A stretch of DNA of 57,487 nucleotides, filler included, from Sphacelaria rigidula (lineage: Eukaryota), in NCBI GenBank assembly GCA_964200075.2. It is 7 parts of 7 records of this genome, joined end to end, with 100 filler letters (N's around TTAATTAATTAA, not from the genome) between each part and the next. Parts side by side here need not be neighbours in the genome. Positions count along the whole stretch, not along the records: positions 8,229 to 16,355 come from CAXNAA020012199.1; positions 16,456 to 24,582 come from CAXNAA020012200.1; positions 24,683 to 32,809 come from CAXNAA020012201.1; 4 more parts are not named here. The stretch is one strand, 5' to 3'. The notes under the pieces were generated by a model. The model was not told the DNA's origin, did no database searches, and worked only from the letters and a program-made list of their open reading frames with translations. This document shows, piece by piece, positions 12,611 through 25,240 of the stretch. Made by a program: the position numbers and the translations under genes. Numbering within the stretch: position 1 is the first letter of the stretch; each line of letters starts with the position of its first letter.

Positions 12611-12939
12611 TTAACAGTCTGTACGCACATTATGCGCCATTCCATATGCCTGGGGTGCGCGCACCTGAAGTGTGCAGGGCTGAAAAAAAAATAAGGAATG
12701 AAAATGATTCGTACAGTAAGTAAGTAGTACGTATACGAAATCAACTGCGCGAACATAAAGCAATTCCAAGACGAATGATTACTATTCCGACTGTTGTTTA
12801 CAACAGGGGGAAATGGTACCCGTCATAGGTTACCTTTGTAGGGGAGATTTGACTCCCTGACGGTGGAATGGCTAAATTCAGAGACCGCGAGATATTTACG
12901 TCCGTGTGCCACGCCGCACACACACATCCCCGAAATTTA

Positions 12940-13166
12940 CAAGGTTGTGTTCTGTAGGGTATGCCCGGAAATGGGTGATTTTCAGTTGACATACTAAATT
13001 ATCGCGGAGTGTGTAACGCAAATTCAAGTTTGGCTCGGCAGGGTATCGAGCCCTGTTCCGAACACTCTGGTAAGGTTCTGAAGGGCATTTTCTGAGACAA
13101 AACCTCCTTGAGACTTCTGTGAATATCTGAATTTTGAGCAGGAATACCCTATAGAACATAACCTGG
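12940..13166. mobile_element. MITE (Tc1/mariner-like termini)
   Basis: TA|caaggttgtgttctgtagggtat ... ataccctatagaacataacctgg inverted repeats. Confidence 0.75.
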
Positions 13167-14419
13167 GAATTTCGTTACGTGAGTACGAGGTAGACTGAAC
13201 ACAACCCAATATGACGGGATCGGCAATTTCTTGCTAGTAAGACTGTGTTCGTTGGAAAGGTGAAACGTAGGGTAAGCCGATAGGAAAAGGAAGAGAGAAC
13301 GGCGCAAAACCCGCGTATTTTTTTGGTTCGAAAGTCGGGTTAAGTTATGATCAATTTTCGGGATTTGGGAGGGGGAACTTTTGCGGGGAAATGGGTGATC
13401 CCGAGTGTATTGTCGAGCAAAACGAAGCAAGGACGCGCGACGGGGCGGGAACGGTGCCAAGGAAGGTCGTCACACCTTCACTTTTTCAACGCCGGAACTC
13501 AGATGTACCTGCTCGGAATGATATCTTCTACCCCTCCTTGGATGGAATCTCCTAATCTTCTCCTTGCAAAATCTCCGACTCTGCCTCAACTTAAATCTCC
13601 TGCTCCGCTCTACCGGGAATCCCCTACAGTAGTGGGCTGTCTAACTAATCATTTTGTGACATTTTGCGATTTTTTCGTAACTGCCGATTTCCTCGGGCTC
13701 TTTTGCTTGCCACCGTTTGTAACATCGGGGATTCAAAGATATTAGTATACGCTCCACATTCCAAGATTTTTTTTCATCTGTGCTCAATATTGAGTAAGTT
13801 GCGGACTGGCCGGTCATCGGGGGTCCTGCCACATTTCAGCCCAGATTCTTACCCTTCCGTATTTTCGGTCCATCGAGCCTGTCCCGATCATATTTGTGAA
13901 GAAATATACAGTTTTGTTGTTGAGAAATTCTGCCTACCCATATCAGTAGGGCCGAAAAACTGTGTTTCATGATCAATAAAACCCTCCTGCTAAACGGGGC
14001 ATTTACTCGTTTCGCCCGATAACACCAACTGACACTGACTTGATCACTGTGTTTCGAGAACGATCTGTTTACTGTACCAAAACTACCGACGCTAGTAATT
14101 TCGAGTTCTATCGAAGAGTAGTACACGAGGAAATGCCCAAAACACCCCTAAATAGTTAGACCGCCCACTACTGTACACCTCTCCATCTGGAATCTTCGAC
14201 GCCGCCCCAACTTCAGTCTCCTGCTCCGCTCTAACTGAAATCCCCTAGCCCTCTCTATCTGGAATCTCCGATTCCGCCTCAACTGAAACCTCTTGCTTCC
14301 CCCTGACTGTAGTCTCCCACATCTCTCTAACTGGAATCTGCGGCTCCGCCGTTACCGGAACCTTCTACTCTGTAAGACCACCGGGAGGCGGCGGTATGCA
14401 AGAGATGTATCGTATTAAT

Positions 14420-14524
14420 ATGAGCCTGATCCGGCGAAAACCCAGCGTGCTCCGTCCCGGCTTTGTACTGTGGGGATGCGAGCTCAATGGCCTCATGACT
14501 ACGGCATGCAAGATTATGAGTACA
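14420..14524 (+). mobile_element. Retroposon 3' end (family B) followed by a C-rich tract
   Basis: gtgctccgtccc...gggatgcgagctcaatggcctcatgactacggcatgcaagattatgagtaca aligns with the family A 3' end. A second short copy sits at about 14565-14596. Confidence 0.75.
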
Positions 14525-16005
14525 CCCCCCCCCCCTCCCCTTCCCCTCCCCCTTCCCCTCCCCATCGTGACTACGGCATGCGGTCGTATGAGTTCACCCA
14601 CCCATCCCCCTCCCCTCTCGCCCGTTCTATGTTTTGGTTTGCATGTAGGTGGTCAAGTATTCGCAGGCAAGGGGGAAGCCGGAGGAAAGGACGATATGGA
14701 CGGATGTGGAGATCAACGAGTTTGTTCTCATGAACAACCTTAAGATAGTGGGGAAGAGGAAAGCCCACTCACTGGCGGAGCTGAGAACGGTGAGGGGCTT
14801 TAGGGTTGGGGTTTAGGTATGGGGGCGCTGTGGGGGGAAGGGGCAGGATTTGATTATAATGTCGTGGCGAACTATCGCAATGCTATCGGTCTTCGCGTCT
14901 CTCGGTGTTAGACGAGATACGTACAGAAGGTAGCATTACTGTACGACGTAGCCCAACCCTCTGACCGGCCGTGTGTGACGTCGATATCTGTGTAATCTCT
15001 GTCATGTTCCACTTGCAAACGTGGTTTGTGTGGATTCTCGGCAAGATTCTCGGGTGGTTCTTTCGTCCGGGTGATGAATTTGGGTCAATGTTGGAGTAAC
15101 ACGCATTATTCTGCCATGATCCATTCCAGGTAACGCTGGGCGTTCCCGCATCGGAGCTCTGGCGAGATGGAGGAGGCCCGCCCAACCCGGGAACTGTAGA
15201 GGTCACGACAAAGCGGCTGAGGGACCATGTGCCAGACCCCCACAACACTCTTCGTCTGAGGTTGGTGCCGACGCAGCATCCCCGTGTTTGTTACTTATTT
15301 ATTCGTCTTGTTTTGTGCGCGTGTGGGTTATGTTCGTTGATATATTTCATCTTTGGCTGTATTCTCGCGACTTTGGCCTTGATTGATGGTGTCTCTGCTG
15401 CCTTCATGCCGCTGCGCTGTAACTATTCCATAGCGATATTATGAACAAACAGTTGGATGTTTTTCGCACTCACAAATGCATAGCTTGTAGCTTCCTCCTG
15501 ACCCCCCCCCCTCCCCCTCTTGATTAATTGATCTTTCAGTGGTGCACTCTGTCGATCTGAGTACGCATGCCGTAATTATAACGAAAACTTGCACACGTCG
15601 GACAGCTCATGAGAGCTACCTTGATATTACCTCTTATTAGACTACCGATCCGGATCATGAGCTAAATTTAGCTCATTTGGTCACTGTTTTCGTATTATAA
15701 TAGTTCCCGACAGCGATGGACGCCGGGCACGCGGTGTAGCGGGGAGGTAACGCTTTTAGTTTCTCAGACACTGCTGTCACGCGTTCGGTGTTCTGGTTTG
15801 TCATTCCAGGTATTGATAGCTCGTGAGCTGTGTGAAAACTTGTGAGGAATTTTGTGTCATGGGGCGTGCACCTCTCCGCTTTTTTATTCGACTCATCAAA
15901 AGACGCTTGCTCCATGTCAGTGTTAAAAGGTCCCTGGCCTACCAGACGAAGCTTTTGCCCCCCCTCCCCTCGTCCCCCCGTTTTTTTCTTCTTGTCTCGG
16001 AGCAG

Positions 16006-16108
16006 GTTTGTTCATGCAACGGTGGACATCGCCGCTTACAAAGTGGTGGATACGCACGCGCTGTACGCCGTGCTGGACAAGTATGCTACAGCGGGAAACA
16101 CTTCTTGG
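16006..16108 (+). CDS. Orphan internal exon, product unknown
   Basis: Pyrimidine tract plus CAG acceptor, open frame FVHATVDIAAYKVVDTHALYAVLDKYATAGNTSW, and a TGG|GTACGT donor. Confidence 0.55.
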
Positions 16109-16355
16109 GTACGTTTCTTCATGTAATGAATATATTTTTTAATTCTCGATCTTTTTTTCTTTTGTTCGTTTTCTTTCTTCTGTCTTCTTTTCTACTTTGG
16201 ATTTTTTGTTTATTCCACCTTATTCTCTTATTCATTGCATATATTTTTTTTTCTTTTCTTCCGTCTTCGTTCTTCATTTTTGTTCGTTTTTTTTTTTCTG
16301 CTGGTTTCCAGTAGTGCAGTCCTACCCACTCCAAATCACTCACTTCTCTGTGTGT

Positions 16356-16455
16356 NNNNNNNNNNNNNNNNNNNNNNNNNNNNNNNNNNNNNNNNNNNNT
16401 TAATTAATTAANNNNNNNNNNNNNNNNNNNNNNNNNNNNNNNNNNNNNNNNNNNN
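16356..16455. other. Artificial contig-join spacer
   Basis: N44-TTAATTAATTAA-N44. Confidence 0.99.
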
Positions 16456-17210
16456 GCAGTTTTCATTTTGGCCAAATAATGATTTTTGTCCAAGAACGGT
16501 GAGAAACAGTTAAATCTAAAAAAAATCGCCACTTTTCTCTGACTTGACTGTTTTTGACCGTTCTCGGACAAGAATTCTTGTTTCGCCAAAATGAAAACTG
16601 CGGCCACCGGAAAACGGGAAGATGTCCTGGAACCGCCTCAACTAGTAGAGCAAGTCTTTCCAAGGTGTCAAACTCCGCCCAGCTCTCTTTTGGGTCGTAA
16701 AACGACGTACAAGCTCCAAAAAGGCACTTGTCCAGATTTTTATTTTCGTCTGTTATGAGGAGCGACCTCGGAGATTTACTTATGAACATCATATACTGAT
16801 GCAGCCCATATGTTTAACCCTTTGACAGCGAGCATAGGTCATCTGTTGAATCGGCTGTAACTTCTCTCGAACAAAGTATGGATAACCCACATGTACCGTC
16901 GCGGCCAAGGGTGAAGACCAACTATTATGGGGACGGCTCAAAAGTTCATTTTTGTGGAAACTTTCAAGGCCGTTTTTCGCCTACTACGTGAACGGAGACA
17001 AGAAGAAACGCTCTTTGAGGCCGCTTCATATGGCAAACAAAAATAATAATCTGAACGTGGAAAACTGCTCTTGGACCGTCTGCGTCACCCTGAAAGAGGG
17101 CTAGGCGCATCATTTTGATACCTTGGAATGCCTTGCTGTACTCGCTGAGACGGCTGCAGGACACTTGAGAGTTTTCCCGATGGTCACAGTTTTTTTCTTG
17201 GCCAAATTTG
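16456..17210. repeat. Compound inverted-repeat (foldback) region
   Basis: 16456-16601 is self-complementary (gcagttttcattttggc...gccaaaatgaaaactgc), and 16580-16775 is an inverted, diverged match to 17005-17210. Confidence 0.7.
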
Positions 17211-17397
17211 CATTTTTCTCGAGACCGCTCATTTTTCTCGACAGCAGTGGGGATTTGGGGGGCACTTTTTCGGGGGTGATATCGCAGCGACCAATCAGCG
17301 GCCGTTTTTATGCGGGAGGGGGGTTGAACAGGGGATAATCCCCTTCGATGAGAACCCGCTTGACAGGGACACAACAGCACAGCAGTTCACGCAATCT

Positions 17398-18360
17398 CCA
17401 GCGCAGATCAAACAATCTTCGCAGAGTTCAAACGCACCACACTACGGTGTCAGCTACAGCACAGGAATAGTGATGGTGGGTCTGGGCACGAAGCGCCTTG
17501 TTCGTTGCGAAGGACACGAACATCAAACAAGCACATGTGGCATTTTCAATTTTGATCATATGACGGCACTGCGTGCCGACTACAGTCATTTTTCATGGGG
17601 CGGAATACGATAGTAATACGGCAGCTGTCTGTCTCGCAGCGGTGCAATGTGTCGGCCAATCAAAGCTACTTTTCCACTCATATTCCACTCGTTTTTCTCA
17701 TCTGATTGAGGGAAGGTCGCCGCATTTTGGTGTATATCAAGACTCTGATTGGTCGGAAAACCTTTCCACTCAAAAATCTTGCCCCCATCTGTGTACCCGG
17801 TGCCCCAAAACGTGAGATCGCATGGCCAAATGTTATGCAGTAGGGCTCCTTCAAAAATGATTCTTGATTTTTTCAACACCATTTTTTCTTTTTTGCCTGC
17901 CGCGATTTTGAACGGGGACGACAAAAAAATGTCCGTCATGACACAAAATTGGAGTTGCACAGGCATGAAGTTGGCGTGACCTGGGAGTTGTCACCTGTAC
18001 AGCAGCATGCCGAGAAGAAGACGTAGCGCCTGCGCGACCATCACGTGATTTTTCCAACTTCGCGTCCGCAGCATATGTGCCGACCTCACTTCTGCACAGA
18101 CCGGTCCACAGCGGCAGTGCGGCAGCCCGGGCAATATCCAGCGCAGATCAAACCGTGTTGTTCGTAGTGTTCAAACGCACCACAGTATAGCGACTGCGGC
18201 ATAGAAATGATGGCTGCGCGCACGAAGGACGTTATTGGTGTTGAAGACGACACAACGCATCCAATACACCATGATGACCGCGCTTCCATGCCAGCTACAG
18301 CACAGGAACGATGGTCTGGGCACCTTCGATCACATGACAGCACTGCGTGCCGACTACAGT
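17398..18360 (+). repeat. Two diverged direct copies (17398-17586 and 18138-18360)
   Basis: Both share ccagcgcagatcaaac, gttcaaacgcaccaca, cagctacagcacaggaa and gcactgcgtgccgactacagt. Confidence 0.75.
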
Positions 18361-18698
18361 TGTTTTATACAGAGCTAAACACAATAGCAGTACGGCTGCT
18401 CAGGCAATTCCAGCAGAGACCAAACCGTTTTCGCTAAGTCTAAACACGCCACAGTAACGTGACAGCTGCAGCACATGAAAGAGGCGTGAGTGCGTGTGTG
18501 CTGTAGTACAGTAAAACATGTCAAGTCACATGTTTTAGTTTTTTGCCTAATTTTGAAAGGGCCGCAAGCGTTCAAAATTATCTCTCGATCTTGAGCGCCC
18601 AGCCAAACTTTAGTGCCCGTTCGAAATTTTGGGGGTCATGCTTTGTTCAAAATCGTTACGATTTGTTCCATGAGGCCGCTTCTCGAACCATTTTTCAC

Positions 18699-19119
18699 GG
18701 GGACCAATCTATGTTTGTACAAATCTGAGAATTTCAGCCCGTCTACGGACGATTTTCTCCCGAGGGTTGATCATTCGGGCCTCAGTCCATTGGGTAATTG
18801 TTCTCGGCTAGTTGTGAGAAAATCGTATCAGTTCTCGGGACGTTGACTTTTGGTATGTCACCCGGTCAAATCGGGACATTACCGAACCCATACAGATATG
18901 CGCCCCAAATCTGTTTGGATTCGGGATAGCCCCGATTTGAGCAGAATCATGACATTCCAAAATTTAACGTCTAGAGAGTAGAAGAAATGGTGTGGTTTTC
19001 TCACAGCTAGCGGGAAAACATTGCCCAACGGACTGGGTTCCACAATCATCAATCCACGGAGAAGATCGCCTGTAGACGAGCTGAAACCCTCAGATTTGTA
19101 CAAATACAGATTCGTCCCC
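18699..19119. mobile_element. ~420-bp foldback element/MITE with GGGG...CCCC termini
   Basis: The arms pair along almost their full length (tttgtacaaatctgag / ctcagatttgtacaaa; caaatcggg / cccgatttg) around a short centre near 18905. Confidence 0.8.
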
Positions 19120-19876
19120 ATTAAACATGACCCACAGTCTAGAAAAAATCACTGAATAAAGTTCCGACGGAGGACTCTTTACAGTGACTTTTTATGGGTT
19201 ATCCCGTTTTGAAAAACCCGCCTCAGCTCGTGAAAAATCCTGGGAGCTTGGACACCCAAGGTATGGGTCATTATCTAGCGTGCAGACGGTGGTGGTATTC
19301 ATGATTTGCATTTCGTGCTTGTGCTTCCTGAGGTAAACTGACGCGTACTCTCGTGCGGTACAGTAGCGCCTTTTTCTGGTATAAGAGGGGTCAAAACGAC
19401 AGGCGTATCAACCCTCACTTCAACCGACCGCTGCTTGGTACAGTTGTATAATAGTGTCGCTTCAGCTGAGCGGTGCAGCAGTACGGCTTGTGCCGTACCG
19501 TGCACAAGAAACTCACACAACGGCCAGTAGTAAGTGGCGGTCACTAAGAGCTTGCACGGAGTGCTGCAGCAGTTATGCTACTGCTACGGTACTGTGCATC
19601 CAGTAGTAGTACATACAACTTGCACAGCTACTGTTGTATTGGCTGTACAACACTTGTATGCGAGGAGTGTGCGATGGAGCGTCACTTTCCCGACAGTTTG
19701 ATCTCACTGAAAACTGACCATTTCTTCCGACAGATTTGGAAAATCTCGTTGTCTGAAAAAAGTTCGCAGTTGCCAGAGATTTTTTCAAAGAGTGGTTAGG
19801 CCGCTCCTTTGTCTGAAGGAAGTCTCTGACAAAAGTTCGGGCGGACGACTTTTCTCAGTGAAGTTTTCCAGGGAAG

Positions 19877-20293
19877 CCCGTTTTCAAAACCCCACCACCT
19901 TATACGTAACTCACCCAGCCAGGGTGTGCACCGCTGAGTTTTGTTGCAATCACTCACCCGATCAAAGCATGCATTCCTGAGTTATGTTACAAAAACTCAC
20001 CCGACCAAAATATGCGCCGCTGAGTTACGTTGCTGTAAGTCACAGGTGAGTTATGGGGATAAGAGGCAACTCGAGTTGACCCGGATTGAGTTGTGCGACA
20101 TGGGCAGTTTTTCAGAGGAGCCCGTTTTCAAAACCCCACCTTATACGTAACTCACCCGACCAGAGTGTGCACCGCGGAGTTATGTTGCTGTCACTCACCC
20201 ACATCAGAATATGCACCGCTGAGTTACGTTGCTATAACTCACAGGTGAGTTTTGGGGATAAGAGGTAACTCTAGTTAACCTGAGGTGAGTTGT
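19877..20293 (+). repeat. Higher-order tandem dimer built from ~43-bp subunits
   Basis: Two units start cccgttttcaaaaccccacc (19877, 20121). Each contains actcaccc...tgcaccgctgagtta.gttgc subrepeats. Confidence 0.85.
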
Positions 20294-23008
20294 CCCACGT
20301 GTGCAAATGTTCTTCGAACTTCTCCAAAACGCGTAAATTTAGGGTTTTATCGTTTGGATGCATTGTTTACCGGCTTCCGGGGGTCCCGACGGGAAGACGC
20401 CCGAAATATGGTGAATGGCGGAGAATCTTCGAGATATCTCTCAAATTACATTCCTACATTTGGAGCACCGATACCTACCGAACCGCCAAGTTTGAGGGTG
20501 GTCGGAGCTTTTCTACGACAGAAGACGTTCAAACCGCACATGACCGAAATACCACGGTTTGAGATATAATTCGATCCCATAGTAACCGATCTCATTTTTT
20601 CCCCCCGTTAGATTCCCGAGCTGAGGGTACTTACTGCGATTCGAAACGTTTGGAGATTGAGTAGAAATTGGGTTGGGAACTCGTATGTTCAATTTCGGAG
20701 TAGCTTAGCGGCGCTGATTGGTCGAGGTACCTCTTCGCCCTTACTAAAAAATTCGGCTATGTCACCCTCCTCAGTTGTCCATGAAGGTTAGTATGATCCC
20801 GTGTATGCGGCTATCGAGTACGTGTTACGAATGATATTTCCCAATGTTTTCGTGAAATTAAGTGTCTACCGTTGATGGAGAAGTGAGAGTTATTACTCGC
20901 TCTAACTTGACCATGCATTCATTTTGTGTGTGCTTTTTTTTGCCTGTAACACGGTCGTATGCTTACAGCTACACGTCGATATCCTATTCAGGAGTATCAA
21001 AGGCTTGAGTATCAAGCTACTATAATACAGAAAGCTTATCGGGCCTCATATAAGGCCCGGAGGGGCAGTTCGGGATTGAAGCTTTTTCATTTGTCAAATG
21101 GCTACTCCCCACTCTCAATCGTATCCTAGACTCTCCATCTCACGAAAACATTATTACTTGCTGATGGCGGATCGTGGGTCAAAACCGTGAACCAGCCTGT
21201 AGCGGTGGCTAGTGGTCCAACATCCCTGTGCTCGTGCAATAAAAGCCCGACAAAGAAGCACAGCAACTAGACACCGAACCCCGCCAAAACACGCACAGAC
21301 AGCCAACGCTCACGCGCATCAACTCCACCGCGAGCCCTTGCTCATCTTCGCACAGCAGTGCTTGTTTGACCGGAAATCCGATCATCAGCATTCGGAGGAA
21401 GGGCGGCCGCGAGCGTGTGAACTCCAACCGAAAAGTGCCACTCCTTCTGTTCGTCATGTGTGAATGTTTTTTTTTTTTTCACGACATGGTTGGACGAATG
21501 TTAAAATCATGAACTCGTCTACCGTATGTTCAGCTTGTTTTGCACGAATCAATCATACAAATTCGTATGTACAAGAGCCATGACTCCTTTACTTGTGTTA
21601 GACTCGTGGTTCGGGCCGCACCAGGTACATGAAGGCGTACACAATCCCGCTCGTCAGTCATGCGGTCGGTACACCCCCGCAGGTACATTTGTCCCAGCCA
21701 TCATTTCATGCGCCGGCACTTTTGTTTTTGTACATATTCCACAAATGGGGCCCCACCAACTTCAGACCAGGAGCCGCAGCCCCCCCGCTCCCCCCTTCCC
21801 TACACCTCCGCAGTCTGTCGAGAGTGAGGAAAACTGGGACAGGAACATTTCCCTTCCCTCTCCTCCAGTACATGCACTTGCAACAACGCCGTCACCATCG
21901 ACGGATCGATTGTACACGAGCAGCTCGAAACCGAGGACCGATGGTGTAATATTCTCTGTTCCGAGGGGGGATATAGACTCCGATAGTACTCTGGTTCGAG
22001 GTCGAAATTATCGCTCATCCACTTCACGCAGTACATTTTTTGTCTTATCACAACTATATAATATTGACCATATATTTGACATTGTCCAGGTTGTGAAATA
22101 TATATTTATATATGTATACATATCACACCTTGGACAATATATGGTCAATGGTTGCAATAGACAAGAAACGTACTGCACGAAGTATTGGCTTATTGCGACT
22201 ATTGTCGGCCGGCAATAGTTGCAATAGGCCTACCCTTTACGCAGTACACTTTCCGTCTATTCCATCTATTGTCCAGGGTGTGATATATATGTGTGTGTGT
22301 GTCCACCTCTCAAGCCCGTGGCTACGAGACTTCTGCGATCTTTACGGATGCATTCGTACGTCGACTTGAAGTTGGTGACAATCACCGTTGCACATGTGGG
22401 CCCACTCCATCATAACTCACTTCTGGGGCCGTCGAAGGGTTGGATGGCAGGGAGAACACTGTAATGATACCCGTTTCCTAGGATAGGGGGGCACGGGCAT
22501 GTGGGCCGCACTTCGTTGTTGATACAAGAAATGCACTGTAGAGCTACGTATGCACTTGGATATGACTCGATTCGGATTCTACACCTGCATGTCTGTTGTG
22601 CCTTACAGCACGGTATTGAGATGTGTGCACCATAAGGCATGTTTCGTGCGGTTGCAGTCTCTCGTCATTTTTTTTATCCGGAGTTGCGCGGCAGCCTTGC
22701 GATAGGACCCCGATTTTACGTGTGATCTCCTGACAAACTGAAGGAGCATGTGGAACATCATCTAGTCCGAGTAGATCAGAATCATGAACATCCCGCAAGT
22801 GCTTCAGCACTGCGCCGTGTTTCACTGATCATTTACCAGAGGTTTGATGTGCGTACTCTGCTATGGATGTTATTCGTTTCCGCACCGGAACAGAATGAAA
22901 TCGAATATTCCCAGCGTCAACAAGGAAAAAATACACCACGAGTCTTTCTGTGGCCGAATGACGTGTGCACGGGGGGCGAATTCCGCGCAGGATAATTCGC
23001 CTCAGCAC

Positions 23009-23053
<45 letters not shown>

Positions 23054-23170
23054 ATAGTAATAATATAATAAGCATAATCATAATCATGAGCATAAAAACC
23101 ACAATAATCATAATAATCATAATAAGGAATCATAAATCATGACTAATAAATCATGAATAATAAATAATAA
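23009..23170 (+). repeat. (GAT)n and (AAT/CAT)n microsatellite
   Basis: Visible simple repeats. Confidence 0.9.
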
Positions 23171-23562
23171 CCAAGGGATTGCCCCGCAGCTGGTTGTGGC
23201 TAACCAATCGTTTTCATTTCACCGTCACCCTTCCTGCCCGCAAAATTCCCCGCACTCTTTTTTCCTCCGGATTTCTTGCTGGCATTGTCGCATCGACACG
23301 TACTTTTTTCAACCGGAACCCGACCTTGTGCGCTGGTAGGCGTAACGAACGTCACGCCACACTCGGAGAGGATTATACCTCCTCCCGGAGTCGGTCGAGG
23401 GCGCCCATTCGCCAAACTTGGCTGCAGGAATTGCGAGGTACGCGTGCGGTGGCAGCTCTCACCCGATCGTGACGGCTGTCTCTGTAGGCGTTAGATTTTT
23501 TGTGCGTTCCTTCTTGTGCGCGTGCAGTAAGTCTCCGTCAATCAATCTTGCCATCTACAGCC

Positions 23563-23866
23563 GCCGCGCCCCGGTGGTGTAATGGTCCGACTGTAGCTTT
23601 TAAGGGGCAGAGAACAAGGGTTCGATTCCCGATGCGTTGGGTTTTTCCTTCGTGATATCTCTTCCATCGTGTGAAGTGTGAGAACGTGAGTATACAAAGT
23701 TGTCGACCGAGTTTGTTTGATGTGAGTGGACGCGGTGCGGGGGTGGTGATAGTCATGACCTAACCCGCGAGACCAAAATGCAAGGCGTGTACCGGGGGAG
23801 AGATGGATTGATCTCTTGAGACCACGGACTCGTCCCGAGGACGGGGAGGGGTTCAAAGTGCGACAA
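23563..23866 (+). mobile_element. tRNA-derived SINE family 1
   Basis: gccgcgccccggTGGTGTAATGG (A box) ... GGTTCGATTCCC (B box), ~300 bp, ending ttcaaagtgcgacaa. Four copies occur in three contigs. Confidence 0.9.
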
Positions 23867-24339
23867 CTACATAATCATAAAAGAACAGCGTTGCACATTT
23901 CCTATATGATTACTGCACAGTTCAGGTCCGCTCAATTGCCCAACGGGTACTGCAAGCGCAACACTACCTCCATGGCGTGAAACCCCCTTCCCCTCGTCCC
24001 CAAGGGTTGGCGTCGGTTGGCAACTACGCTGTCACACATGCCACTCACTGCGTAAGCTAGGCAACCAAGTTGCCGTTTTTCAAGACGCTTCGCGTTTTAT
24101 TTTTTTTGGCGAAAACCATGATGCTGGTCGAATTAATAGATCATATTGCGCAGGGTGGGAGATCCTCAACTCCGCCGCGCAAAGGGAATAATCGTACCCG
24201 CGTAGTGCTTGAATGGTGAGACACTCATGAGGCATTGTAACCCGTGGCTGTGTCTGCAAGTCTCGACAAGACCAAAAAGTGAAGTAACTCCGTCGAGGCT
24301 GCCATCCATGCGCAAGATGATTATTCAAGTACACTTAGG

Positions 24340-24475
24340 GCCAAATTCATCCCGGCGCTTCGCGCCTGGTGATTGACTGCGAGTCTGGTCGAGCGAAAAC
24401 CTGGCGTGCTCTGTCCTGACTTCGTACGGATGCGAGGCCATTGGTCCTATGACTATGGCATGCAAGATCTTGAGA
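24340..24475 (+). mobile_element. Retroposon family B 3' region, degenerate
   Basis: Aligns with the reverse complement of 37421-37570 and with 14420-14524. Confidence 0.65.
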
Positions 24476-24582
24476 TGAGATATGCAAATTTTTTGTGCAA
24501 TGTATCACAGGCACCGTAGGTAAGGTACCTTACCGAGCGTACCCCCCGGTATTTACCGGGGTATCCCATACCGTGGTATACG

Positions 24583-24682
24583 NNNNNNNNNNNNNNNNNN
24601 NNNNNNNNNNNNNNNNNNNNNNNNNNTTAATTAATTAANNNNNNNNNNNNNNNNNNNNNNNNNNNNNNNNNNNNNNNNNNNN
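24583..24682. other. Artificial contig-join spacer
   Basis: N44-TTAATTAATTAA-N44. Confidence 0.99.
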
Positions 24683-24749
24683 CGTACTCATTTGTTGCTT
24701 GCCTTAGTCGTTTGACCATTGACCACGCATCCCTTTCGAGACGGAGCAC
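24683..24749 (-). mobile_element. LINE family A 3' end, cut by the contig edge
   Basis: Reverse complement of gtgctccgtctcgaaagggatgcg...aaatgagtacg. A G14 tract (24755-24768) lies at its 5' flank. Confidence 0.85.
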
Positions 24750-25036
24750 TTTCCGGGGGGGGGGGGGGAGAAGGGTGAGGGCGGAGGGCGGGACGTGCTT
24801 CCCATCCTCTCCGTCCTCGGGAAGAGTCCATGGTATCAAATCACGACTCCATTTTTCCCTTGGTTGTTAGCTCATTTTTTTCGAGAAGCAAACACCAACA
24901 AGTACAGGGGAATTGATTGGCGCTTCCACTCACAAATTAAACTTCGAAAACTAGAAAAAGAATAGTGTTAGTGTTTGTGTCAGCGTCAGCGTCATTTTCT
25001 TTTTTCTTCTACTGCGCGTCTTCCCACCCTTCGCAC

Positions 25037-25240
25037 CTTCAGGTTCTGAGAAGCAACCGGGTAGCACGTGCGATCGGGGTAGGTGAAGGCGTTCAGGAAC
25101 GTGTTCAGGGATCCTTTCATTAGATCCACGAACGGCTCCTTCACTGGAAACTTGCGGCTACCGCAAAGCACCGAGTGCTCCAGGATGTGAGGGACACCCG
25201 TGCTGTCCTCGGGTGGAGTGCGGAATGTCACTCCGAAAAC
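25037..25240 (-). CDS. PREP: Presequence protease (pitrilysin family M16C) exon 2
   Basis: VFGVTFRTPPEDSTGVPHILEHSVLCGSRKFPVKEPFVDLMKGSLNTFLNAFTYPDRTCYPVASQNLK contains the inverted zinc motif HxxEH. AG/GT boundaries, phase 0 at both ends. Confidence 0.97.

Noticed and set aside
23563-23635. Functional tRNA genes at SINE heads (also 36420, 38231, 56944 and 10560-10628)
   Set aside because: A/B boxes are present, but there is no consistent cloverleaf or anticodon arm and each continues into a shared ~250-bp body.
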